Below, piece by piece: positions 1 through 14,789 of a stretch of DNA of 64,000 bases; the stretch's first letter is position 1; the number at the start of each line of letters is the position of its first letter. The stretch is from the human T2T-CHM13v2.0 reference genome, Homo sapiens, in assembly GCF_009914755.1 (NCBI RefSeq), contig NC_060936.1. One strand, given 5' to 3'. Under the pieces are notes generated by a model. That model was given only the letters and a program-made list of their open reading frames with translations. It made no database searches and was not told where the DNA came from. Made by a program: the position numbers and the translations under genes.

Positions 1-93
1 CCTATGCCTATGTTAGACTGGGACCACAGCAGGTAAGAAATAGTTTCAAGTAAAAGCTTAGCTTCTGGCATTAGTAGAAAAGTTGAAGTTTAA

Positions 94-496
<403 letters not shown>

Positions 497-1399
497 AACT
501 TGTGATATATTATGAGGGCATTTTTTGGTTTGCTTTCCCCAATCCCATGATTTCAGTTCCAGCAACATTTCCCACTTTAAGGAAAAAGAGATGAGCATTA
601 TGGATGTCGTGGAAATTTCAATCCAGAAGGTTAAACAGGTACTTCTGGGCATATCAGGAAAACATGGGATTGGCTAAGGGTATCACATTCACAGTCCTTG
701 GGAGGAAGCCAAACCCAATGAACCACTAAAGCAAAGATGTGAACTTAAAGCAAGGGATGGGTTTATTAGGTATACCCACCATGTTAACTTTTTCATTCCT
801 CTGAGAAATGGGGTTTTCAAGTAAGGTGGAATTTATAACTGATACAGGAGCTCCTGTGCCTACTATTGTGTTAATTTCTCCCAAAGAGTGAGTTAAAGCA
901 GCATATTGGGAGAAATGAAAACCCCCTATTTCCTCAGAGGAGTCCTAGTTTTCCAGTTTATCATCCTGTTTCCATTTCAATGTCCTGCAATTCCTTTTAA
1001 AATGCCTAGTTTCTTGTAGTAGTGACAGACAAGGGGAGAAGAGTTCTTAGGACCAAGACTTCCTAGCCTGGGAGTTTTAAGAGGTTAAGTGTTACCATTG
1101 TTAAGTGTACAGCCTTTTGATTTTCCTTTTTCATCATTGTGCAGGACAACTGGTCAGCCAGTTGACCAGTCATTAGTTCTGGCCATCACCTAGTCAGTCA
1201 TGTGACATTTGACAAGAGTGGGTAGTGCATCACCCAAATTGTTTGGGAAATTTTAATAATATGTCATTTTTATTGTTTTCAAAGTTGTCCATTGACATCT
1301 GCAATATTGTTTTCATGTTTTATCAAAGTGGGTAAAAAAATCTACAACAGGCCCATCTGGATTCTGGCAGCATCGCTGGATTTTAATCTAATCTACGAT

Positions 1400-1669
1400 C
1401 TTTTTTTTTTTTTTTTTCCTGAGAGAGTCTCACTCTGTCGCCAGGCTGGAGTGCAGTGGTACAATCTCCGCTCATTGCAACCTCCGCCTCTGAGGTTCAA
1501 GCAATTCTCCTGCCTCAGCCTCCTGAGGAACTAAGATTACAGGTGTGTGCCACCACGACTGGCTGATTTTTGTATTTTTAGTAGAGATGGGGTTTCACCA
1601 GTTGGCCAGGCTGGCCTCGAACTCCTGACCTCATGATCCACCCGCCTTGGCCTCCCAAAGTGTCCGGCC
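1400..1669 (-). mobile_element. Alu (AluSc-like)
   Basis: Antisense Alu; TSD taatcta(c/t)gatctttt. Confidence 0.9.
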
Positions 1670-2358
1670 GTAATCTATGATCTTTTGAAAAAAACAAGGG
1701 AATGGCATTTAACAGAGAAGCTGCTCATACCCACGCGTCTTTGAGCCATCTTCTGAAAGCTGGGGAGTTGGCTGTGGCAGAGGTCATACTGGATTTTCAG
1801 GAACAAGATCTGTTAGGGGATCCAACCACACTGTGCTTTTTCTAGCTATTCCTTAGCTTAAGCAGCTGAAACCAGCATGTAGACAAGCCGATAAATGTCA
1901 GAATGACCTGGGTCATAGATTTTAATTGTGAGTTCAAATTCTTTGGTAAAGCAAATCCGATCTTCATAAGGGTCAGGAAATTCCTTAACTATGGCCCATA
2001 ATTTGGCCTTCGACTAGGGTTGATAGAGAATCAGGACTCCAGGCAGGCCGGGCACACACGCTGCTGGTACTGGAAGTGAACCACTGGGACCGAGCATGAG
2101 CAAGCCAGTGAGTGGGTCCCGCAGCCCCCTGGACCCAGGGCCAAGCATGGCGGCTGCCAAGGTGGCTTTAACTGAGAGAGCAGATCCAACTGAGCTTATA
2201 ACAATATTTTTGAAGTATGCAAGCATTGAGAAAAATGGTGAATTTTTCATGTCTCCCAGTGACTTTATCACTCCATACTTGAACATTTCTGGAGAAAGCC
2301 AGCCTAACCCAAAGACTGTGGAACTTTTAAGTGGGGTGGTGGGTCAGACCAAAGATGG

Positions 2359-2440
2359 GAGGAATGTTGTCCCAGCGTTGATGATGCTAAGTTTGATCAC
2401 TTGATGAAGGTGGCATCCACCAGCTATTTCCATTTTAATG
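2359..2440 (-). mobile_element. 82-nt fragment of an old L1M 3' end (antisense), present as an exon within the retrocopy
   Basis: tgatgctaagtttgatcacttgatgaaggtggcatccaccag resembles the antisense L1MC/L1MD 3'UTR motif tgatgttaaccttgatcacttggttaaggtggtgtctgccag. Lies exactly between exon 3 and exon 4 homology. Confidence 0.65.
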
Positions 2441-2593
2441 ACTAGTATCTTTTCAAGAATGTGTGGCCTTTTGATTGGTCCTGGGTGCCCCTGATACTTT
2501 GTTTATGGTAGCCTTTCAGCTAGCTGTTTGACAAAGCTGGCAAAGGAGAAGTAACTTTTGATCAGAAAGAGGATGGTACCAGCAGTCTACAGG

Positions 2594-4545
<1,952 letters not shown>

Positions 4546-4772
4546 TAGGCTGTTCCCAGAATGAGGCAACCACAGGAAGCATTCCTGTGGAGTTCCTGTC
4601 CGTCACTTCTGAACAAGAGGTTGCTGCCAGGGTAGGTGGAAGGACAACAAGAGCAGGGGCCTTTGGAGCCGTGTTTCCTGTCACAGTCTAACAAGTGGCA
4701 GACAAGGAGAAAGAGATGGCAGAAGAAGAAAAATCAGATCCAGCCTGGAGAGTTAGAAAGATGAAGATAGAG

Positions 4773-5367
<595 letters not shown>

Positions 5368-5550
5368 TCATCCTGGTCCATTTGTTTAAGTAATTACACA
5401 ATGAGGCACCCCAAGTACTGTATATTAACCCAGCTGGGGTTTCTAAAGGTGGAATCAGATGTTCTGCAGTTGCAGGGGATTTAGTCGATTTAGAGGATTT
5501 GTTCTCCATAATTTTTAATACCTTCTCATTAGATTGACTAAGTCAGGAGG

Positions 5551-6022
5551 TGTTCTGAATCTGAATGTGCTGCTTGCAAACACAAAGCTTGAGGATGCGC
5601 ACCCAGGAAGCACAAGTTCCAGTAGCTTATTACCTGTGCTCTGAAGTAGACTGCATGAGGCACAGTCTTTATATATTTTTTAAACAGGAAAATATGTGCG
5701 GTATGGTGAAGCAATAGTTGAGAATTTGGTTCATATTCAGTGATGTTATGCCTAAAGTCAAGTAAATATGTGGTTGAGTGGGTAGAAGAGAAAAGTTAAT
5801 AATTGTGTAGGCACCTTAGGGTCTGGTGGAAGGATGATTGATTCCATCCTGCCTTTGTTCTGTATCTGATAAACAAGTTTACAACCAGTATCTGTCAGTA
5901 AAATATTTAACAAACTCCAGTTACAAACCCAAGGGGTCAGCTTTAGTTTGTAGGCAGTGGTTTAATTATGCATATGTCCAAACTGCAGCCATCTTGGACC
6001 AGTTTTATCTTTTCTTCTGACA
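5551..6022 (-). mobile_element. ERV1-class LTR (candidate 5' LTR of the adjacent ERV)
   Basis: Minus strand begins TGTCAGAA and ends ...CAGAACA. TATATAAA at ~5668-5675 (minus). cagccatcttgg...ccagttttat motif typical of ERV1 LTR ends. Lies just upstream of the gag ATG. Confidence 0.6.
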
Positions 6023-6319
6023 CCATCTATCATCATCTATCTGTCTACAGTATGCTGTCTGAAGTTTCTTCAAATAGGACAAACATTTTGAGAAGTTCCT
6101 CAGGATTTGAAAGGTTACAGTTAAAACATGCCTATTTATGGGAGTTTGTAACGCTTATCTCTGACATAGCTGTTTTTGCAATATACACACATTCCTGGGC
6201 CAGAAAGAAATTTAGAGGAGGACTGTGTTGATCAGTTTTTTCTTTTATTTGCTTTCACAGGTGTAATAAATGTGTTGCTTAAATTTTAAGTTGTCATTTG
6301 TATAGCACTTTACATTTTA

Positions 6320-6723
<404 letters not shown>

Positions 6724-9700
6724 CCATGCCATAATTATAGCTCTGACCAAATAAACTGAATATCCCAAAGTTAAAAAAGATTAAAGGTAATAGCTAAGTC
6801 AGCAAAAGCAATTTAAAAAGATAACTAATTATATGGACAATATATATAAACAAAAAAATAAAGTTTTAAAACACAACAATCAATTCTAAACATCTGTTTT
6901 GGCTGATTTGTAGGGTTTTCTTCTACTTTAAAGCTGTGGGTTTCATATAAATTTAATGATCTTAATGAATCTAACTTAATGAATCTAACCTTGGTGCTGA
7001 TGAGTCAAGAAAGGGATGAGATAACCACAATATATCAAAGACACAAAAGGGACAATTCTAATCCCATCTAATGAAATTGGGAAGCCAAAGATCAAGAATA
7101 ACGTCTAATTTTACATCTAATTAAACACATAAGTTTACTGAATATAATAATATACATAGGAAAGAAAAAGAGTTTCACAGCGATAGTTTATATTAAAGAC
7201 GCTATTTAAGAAAAGTTTTCTGATAAATAAGATTAAAGATTATCTCTTATAAATCTCAGCAATACTAAATACTTGTTCATTTTAAGCTCCAACCAGGAAA
7301 CAGAATGAAAAATACTGAAATGCAAATTTTAGAGCTTTAGTACCCTTTTTAATATGGAATAGGAGACAGAGAAAAGGTGATGAATTTAATTCAACTATTT
7401 TCTTGTCTTTTTAAATCTTTATAAGGGTGTTAACTCACATTTAAGGATATGGAGAGGGTTCTTATTACGATGAATTTAACATATGTTAAGTTCACCTTAG
7501 TTGGCATGCATGCTTTGAAGGACATCATTATTTACTCTAACTTCCCCAATTCCACTTTCTAGATTCCTTCTTCTGGCTTTTTTATATATTCAGAAGTAAA
7601 GCGTTTTTTAATATTCAAAAGTACCTTTCAAAACTCAGTAATACCACTGGGTGGACTAGATGGAAGAAAATTGAGAGCAATAGTCAAACGTGGTAAATAA
7701 CAGTTAACTTCACAACTGTCCAAGTCATCTTGGGAACTGAAATTCTGATATGCACAAATTAGGGGAACAACCTCCCAAATGAAACTATCCTTAAGTTTCC
7801 AATAAACCAAAACCCTAGCTTCTAATTATCATTTTTTTCTTTCTAAAAATCAACTGGCCTAAGTCTTTAAAAACAAAAAAAAAACACAAGATAGTTGAAG
7901 TGACTTAAATGTCAACGAATTTTCAGACTGGTTAAATTATGGTTGAAACACCACAGCACGCTGTTTCAACCTTTAAAGCAAGTTGAACAGTAGTAATACA
8001 GTATAATCTCACAGGATGTTTTTAAAATGAGACTGTAACTACACAAACTTCTTTTTAAATTGGTTCTTAAAAATAGTAAATAGTGGTTGCCTCTGAGGAG
8101 TACAAGCATAAAAGAAGCTTACTTTCACTTTACTACCTCCTGCTTTTTTTTTTTTAACCAAGAGCATCACTCTCCAATAACCTTGGTTATCAAGACACAC
8201 CTTAAGAGTAATCTAAAAAAGCACAGAGAGCTTAAATAAACTTCCTCAAAGACATACAGATGGAGAGATACAAATTAGAAAATACACTCCATGGGAGAGA
8301 CTACGAAATAGACTGGTAAGATCTAAATACACACAGAGCAGAATGGGAAGGAAACTGCAGACAGGAGACAAGCGAAAGATTTGTAAAGTGGGAAGGAAGC
8401 AGCAGTGAACAAAGACAAAAAGAACTAAGCAACCAAAGACAACTTTGAAGTGAAGGAGATGCATTTCTTTAGAGCCAAACTAGAAATCATGATGATGGGA
8501 AAGGAAAAGAAATAACACGAAAAAATACTCGCGATCACAAACTGTGGGGATACTTGAGTTCCTGTAATTGGTAATGCCACCACTGACACCATTTTAGTCA
8601 ATCATATGCTATCATTAATCACATTTAAGTACAGCATCCAGTAAACACTAACAGTGTAACTGGAGCAACACTTTTCACAAACGGTCAACAGGACTAAATG
8701 CTTTGTATTCTCCCGCGGCTAGGCTATTTGGCTGCAGTATTCCCCAATAATGAGACATGTTTCATCTGCAGTTAAGGAAACCCATGGAGCAGTAAGACAT
8801 TATTTCCTCTTACCTGCTTCTAGATAGCAGCCTACATCTCAGCAAAATTCCTGAATTTAGCTAACTTTAAGGGATAAATGTAAATCTGTCTAGAATAAAA
8901 CTGAGAAAGGGGTAGCAGACCCCACTTGTTTGCCAACAGCCTCTTCAAACATGTGCCCTGTCTCTGAGAAATTATATGGTAAAGCATTTATAACTGTGGC
9001 TGTCTATGGAATCCACACTTGGCAGAAGAGCCTAAAACTCATCCTATATAGGAAAGAGGTCAAACTCAGAAATAAACAAGTCTTCAACTGAAATGGCATA
9101 GGTTAAAAATAAAATTACAAATTCAAGTCTCTGGGCTTTAGATAGTGTAAAACACCAGGCCCCTCCAATTTTGGTAGAGCGAAAAAAAAAAAAAGAGAAA
9201 CAAAACTAGGTCTCCCAATTCTAGATTAAGAGGAATTCCAGTACATGAAAAAAAAAACTGAAAGTGTCAGAAAGAATATTTATTTGCTTTTAATGGATGA
9301 TTATGAGTTAGAAAATATAACCATACTTGGGTCTGCAATGAGTCAATTTGGAGTATATTTCTGCTTCTGTCTTTACAACTAAATAGGAAGTCACTCCTAA
9401 TTTTATTTGCCCTTCTGTAACATTGGGAAATTCTGTTTATTTCCTTGAATTTATAAGAGTTGCACATTACAGAAAAATAAATGCTATCTATCCCAAGATA
9501 TATACAACAAATTTAACTGAAGGTAAAATTCTGATTACTAAAGATTTTCTTTTAAGCCCAGGTCTGTGGGAAAAGAGGAACTTAGCCTTTTCAGGGAGAC
9601 TTTAAGGTCATGAAAAGCCCCATATACTCCTCTATGAAGCTGTTCTCCCATTTTCAAACTTGAGAAAAATGTTAAGAAAATGGATACATGATAGTATACA

Positions 9701-9776
9701 CACCTGATTTGACCCAAACCTCAGGAAAGTTCCTTAACCTCACTAATCCTGTTTCCTCATCTATAAAATAATGACA

Positions 9777-10070
9777 GGCCGGGCACAGTGGCTCACGCCT
9801 GTAATCCCAGCACTATGGGAGGCAGAGGCAGGTGGATCACCTGGTCAGGAGTTCGAGACCAGTCTGGCTAACATGGTGAAACACCGTTTCTACTAAAAAT
9901 ACAAAAAATTAGCCCAGCCTGGTGGCGTGCGCCTGTAATCCCAGCTACTCAGGAGGCTGAGGCAGGAGAATTGCCTGAACCCAGAGGCAGAGGTTGCAGT
10001 GAGCCAAGATCGCACCACTGAACTCCAGTTTAGGCAACAAGAGCAAAGCTCAGTCTCAAAATAATAATGA
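9777..10070 (+). mobile_element. Alu inserted into a MIR remnant (~9700-9775)
   Basis: Alu consensus; TSD aataatgaca; upstream MIR core ccttaacctc...tgtttcctcatctataaaa. Confidence 0.88.
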
Positions 10071-10299
10071 CAAATCCAAATCTCCTGAATAGTATCTGTA
10101 AAGCATCAACACAACATCAACACAAAGATCGGCACAAGGTATGCACTCAGCTCTGACAATTCTTTTTACTCACCAATCTTTCTTCTTTCTCTCTTTTTTT
10201 CCTCTTACATTTCAGGTATCATTTTGCTTTCTGTCTTTGGGCAATCCACTCGCAGGAAGTTACTAACCAACCTTATTGGTAATACCTATTATTCATTCC

Positions 10300-11080
10300 C
10301 TGGTCCAATCTCTCCCCTTAGCTCTAGGATAAATATGGCCAACTGACCACCAATCCATTCCAATCTTTAAATACCCTGAGAATTGATTATATAATCTTCC
10401 CTCCAAATCTGCTCTTCCTCTATTTACCTATCTTGGTTGTCATCCACAGTCACACAAAAACAACTTGGAAGCCAACTGAGCTCTTCCTTCACCCTCTGCA
10501 TGGCCCTCCATCAAATTTATTGTGAAGTCCTTAGAAATTCTGTTTCTTCCTTCACTTCCATCCCCACTGCCTGTTTGTTCCTCATCATGGTGCATGAACT
10601 CCTGTCAGAACCTTGTAACTGACTTCCCTACATCCTTTAAACATGTGATATCTTCCTAAAGTTCAACTACTAATCTTCCCTTCCAAGGTACCAACACTGG
10701 CTTCATGATAGTATCTAAACTCCTTGGCAAGGAATTCAAAGCTTTTCAGGATCTGCTCCTGCCTACCAGCTGCTCCCAACTTGGAATTCTGATATTCTAG
10801 GAGTGTCAAACAAACTTTAATAACTAGCCACCCTCTACTCAGGCTGTTATTTCTGCCTGAGACGGCTTACCCTCTATCCCCTTGACCTGGGAAATTCTCT
10901 TAAGAATTACTTATTTTACAAAACCCTTCCATACCTTTATTAGAACACCTACCACATAAGATTTCACTTCTTGTTTACTGCATTATCTCCTCTACTCAAT
11001 AGTAAACCGCTGTAGAGCAGAAACTAAGTCTTGTATTACAACCAGGTGCTGGCTGTACATAGTACACAGAAACGGGTAGA
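10300..11080 (+). mobile_element. L2 LINE remnants
   Basis: Pyrimidine-rich degenerate L2 motifs (tcttccctccaaatctgctcttcctc, tctaaactccttggcaaggaattcaaagc, ctgtagagcagaaactaagtcttg). Confidence 0.55.
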
Positions 11081-12967
11081 ATTTGCTAACTACTCAAAGA
11101 GTGGGGCAGCCAAGATTAATATAAACAGTATATTTAAGGGCATGGAATGGGAAATGGTGTCTACAATAAAGACGTGAATTTTAAAAACTAATGTTTTGAA
11201 AGGAGTCATTGTTTGCACTATTGATCATAGAAATATTTTTAATGTTTTTAAAAAGGAGTCTTTTTTTAACATTTGGTCTATAGACTTTTGCAGGAAAAAA
11301 AACCTGAGGTTTTAAAAGCTATAGGAAAAAATGTTTCTTGCTTATTTCAAGCAGGAGCAGGGGGAAGGAAATTAGACTAGTGTGGGGAGAAATGAGAAAT
11401 GAGAGCTACTTCAACTCAGCACAGTTAACATTTACCAAATTAAAATAACAGTAAGCCAAACCAAACTTATAATAGGTGGAAAACAACTAAATACAAAGCT
11501 AGAAATAAATTCTTTTAGTTCAACTGTAACTTTCATACTTGAATATGTAACAGCGGTGTACCTGTGACATTAGTATTTCTGAGGCAAAGAGAAAACCTCC
11601 CTACCTTGAAAACAAACTCCCTTTTTGGACTAGATGACATTTCCAGATTATTTCCATAATACAGAAAAATCCTAGTTGCAGATTCAATAAAAAACTGGAG
11701 AAACAAAAGACAACAAAAAAGTCTCAATTTATAACACCCCAAAATCAAAACTTAAGTGTGGGAAATACAAGACAATCTTGTGGACAAGAGAAATCAGGAA
11801 GAAAGAAAAATGACATTTTCCAGGTTTCCGCAGGACTTTCTGATGTAAAATGGTTGAATCAGAATTGAAAAGACAACCAAGAGTCAAGGGCAGTGTCTTC
11901 CCAGAACTGCTTTCTTAAGGTAAGGGAGGGGACCAAAGACACTCATTCTTTCCACTAAAAATTTACTTAATGTTTCCCCAGAAACGATAACTGACACAGG
12001 CCTCAGTTTTATCTTCTGTAAAATGTCTACTTCCCAGTGTTGTGAGGACAACACAGCTAATATTTATCAATCATGTCACTGGCTTAATTACAACTTATTT
12101 AAAATAGGTATTACTACCATTTTACAGATGAAAAAAACTGGATCACAAAGTGACTATAAGATGATGACAGCTTTGAAACCCAAGCATTACTAACCCAGAA
12201 ACCTCTGAACAGCAAAACTTCGTGCCTCAATACATGTGTTCCTTTTCTGCTCAACCAATTATATTCCTACCATCTCTTAAGAAAAAACGAAAATGACATA
12301 CTTTTAAAGCAACCTACTATGTGCCTGGCATGGTAAATTGATTAATTTATCCTCATAAGAGCCCTGTATAGTTGGTTTAGATTTAAAAGTTTATGCTTTC
12401 CCCAGTGAAAAACTTTTATTTTACATGTAAAATGGTTCTTAAATTGCTTCTCTGACATAAATATGTCTGAGTTTGAGCCCTATGAGTCAGGATTTCCCAG
12501 GACTTGATAACCACTCTGGGGGAAAAAAAAAAAAATTGACCATTCAGGTTCCAGATATACAGAATTAAGAATACTGTGCAAGGACAGACAGACTTGGGGC
12601 CTGCTGTCCACCAGTGATCTAGAATATTCTACCAATTGAACTTCGTATCTCCAACCTCCCACAAAAGCAATACAAAGAGAAGGCAGTAGAGACCTTGTCT
12701 GTGGGTCTTTCCCACCCTGAATTCATTCACATTGATAATCCAAATCTCTGTTTTACATCATCTAATTAGTAAAACAAAAACCATTAAGCTCTGTATGTAG
12801 TATATGAAATCTGCTAGGAAATGGAAATTCTAGCCATAACTTAGCTATGAAATACTAATTAAGAAAAACAACTCAAACAATCTCAGCGTATTTGCAAAGC
12901 ACCTCATATGCATTTTAAATACAGGACCCAGAGAAATAGCTGCGAAAGGAAAGCCAAAGTTATTAAA

Positions 12968-13191
12968 TCCAAAGTTTTTCATTTTCTTGACATGCTCTTT
13001 CTATTTAATACAGAAATGTACTAATATAGGTTGCCTTTTGGTATTGTAATTTGGTCAACCAAAACTTGGGAAAAATAGGTCCAAAGTTTTTCATTTTCCT
13101 GACATGCTCTTTCTATTTACTACAGAAATGTACTAATATAGGTTGCCTTTTGGTATTGTAATTTGGTCAACCAAAACTTGGGAAAAATAGG
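12968..13191. repeat. Tandem duplication, 2 x 112 bp
   Basis: 12968-13079 and 13080-13191 are identical except for 2 substitutions. Confidence 0.97.
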
Positions 13192-14677
13192 TTTATTAAT
13201 AACAAAATAATGAAAAAAAATGGATTTCAACTAGTATCGATTTTTAGGTGTGTGGGGGCAGGGGCATTCAAGGGTATTATTTCCTAGTAATGATCACTTA
13301 GATTCTAGGCCTTACACATGATTCAAATGCAGGAGAAATCAGGAAAGAAGCAACAGATATGGTGGTGGGTATCGGATGTCTAGACTACAGGCAAACCCCA
13401 AATACCAAAGAAGCATCCATGTGTCAAACCAGCATAATTTTTGAGCTATGCCTGGGGCCACATACAAAAAAAGAAAAGGTTAGCTTGAAAAGAAAAATCT
13501 AGGAGAGGTAACCAGAAGGTCAACCACAGTTCACGGGATCTGGGAAGAAGCTAGCCGTTACCCTGTGTCATCTTCCTGAGCAGCTTCCTCCCCAGCCAGC
13601 TCCCCAGCCTCCTTACAATGTTTCCAAAAGGCCCAACTCCCTAAACATTTGCTTCTTCAAGGTCATCCTAAGGCACTGAATAACCACCAAACACTGAGTC
13701 ACGCATACCTTTCGCCTAAAAAAGATCCCCCTTCCCAAAATCATTATATAAATACTTTAAATGCCATGAGGGTTTTCTCCGAAACTCCACCAGAAACAAA
13801 CTCCCAGACTTTTAGATTGGGCAACTAAATGTGTTCAATTTTGCGACATAAAATTTTAAAAGGCTTTTCAAGTCTGGCAAATTCCAGTTCAAAAACAGGT
13901 GCTTTCAGCGTACTCTGAATAACAAGGTCAAATTCATTTTTAAATTATTAAAAGAAAAAGAAAAGCTTTTCTTAACCCTCCTTAGGACAACTTAAGAAGG
14001 GGGAGAAAGAATTGCTGGGGTAAAACTGTCTCGGATAGGGTCCCTGTTTAACTCAAGAGTAAATCCTAATCTTCCGAGTGCCTGAAGTAATGGAAGGTTA
14101 CAGGAAGAAAATAAAAACAAAGAAACTGACTAGGGTCATAGTTACCAGAACAAACTGCACCGCCCTACCACCTCAAGAAACCAACTCCCCCTACACCAAA
14201 ACAAACCTTGCCCTTCCCCGCTCCCCCCACCCCCTAGAAACACACAAAGAAACTGGCCGCACGCACAATTCGCCCGCAGTCCTCACTTCCCTTAGTAGGG
14301 CAACAGGGAGCCCCGGAACTTCCCCACGGTGGTTTATCGGGCGTCGTCGGGGCTGGGTCCCCTGGACTTGCGGGCCACAGCTCGGCTGGGGAGGAGGTGC
14401 TCGCCGCCCTCACCCGTTTCTCTGAAAGCAGTAAAATGCCTCCCCGCTCCTCCCAGGGCCCTCGGGTCCCCACCTTCCGTAAATCGTGCTTCCCCCTCGG
14501 GCACTCCGGTGACTGCCGAGAGAGACGCCGAGCCAGCAAGTAAGAATGCTCCCTGGTGGATTTGTTGGTAAATAAGACATCTCGCGTCGGGAGGAAAGTT
14601 CCTGCGGGGGCCGCTCGCCGGGGCGAGGGCGAGGGCAGCGGGAGGTGAACCGCGTCGCTCGCCGCCACCTCCCTCAC

Positions 14678-14780
14678 CTGCGCCGGAACAACGGGCCCCG
14701 CGCCAGCCCGGCCCGGCGCCTCCCGCAGGCCGCGCCTCCCGCACGCCGCGCTGCCGGGGCTTGTTCCTCCTCATGGCTTT
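14678..14780 (-). other. SINHCAF: Candidate alternative non-coding first exon of SINHCAF
   Basis: Donor CAG|GTGAGG at 14678/14677 within the CpG island; TGACGTAA and TTCAAA motifs just upstream; 5' end uncertain. Confidence 0.5.
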
Positions 14781-14789
14781 GCCCTGACG

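Noticed and set aside
2096-2404. 102-aa ORF as a functional citrin-like gene
   Set aside because: Truncated within the EF-hand region, non-conservative substitutions (e.g. R>P, D>G), frameshift in the exon-4 segment, no promoter: a pseudogene
2569-2575. aggatg resembling the start of SLC25A13 exon 5
   Set aside because: Only ~6 nt, offset by 9 nt from the junction, and homology does not continue; likely chance
6961-6989. 14-bp tandem repeat cttaatgaatctaa x2 (similar micro-duplications at ~10105 and ~34835)
   Set aside because: Ordinary slippage duplications with no sign of function
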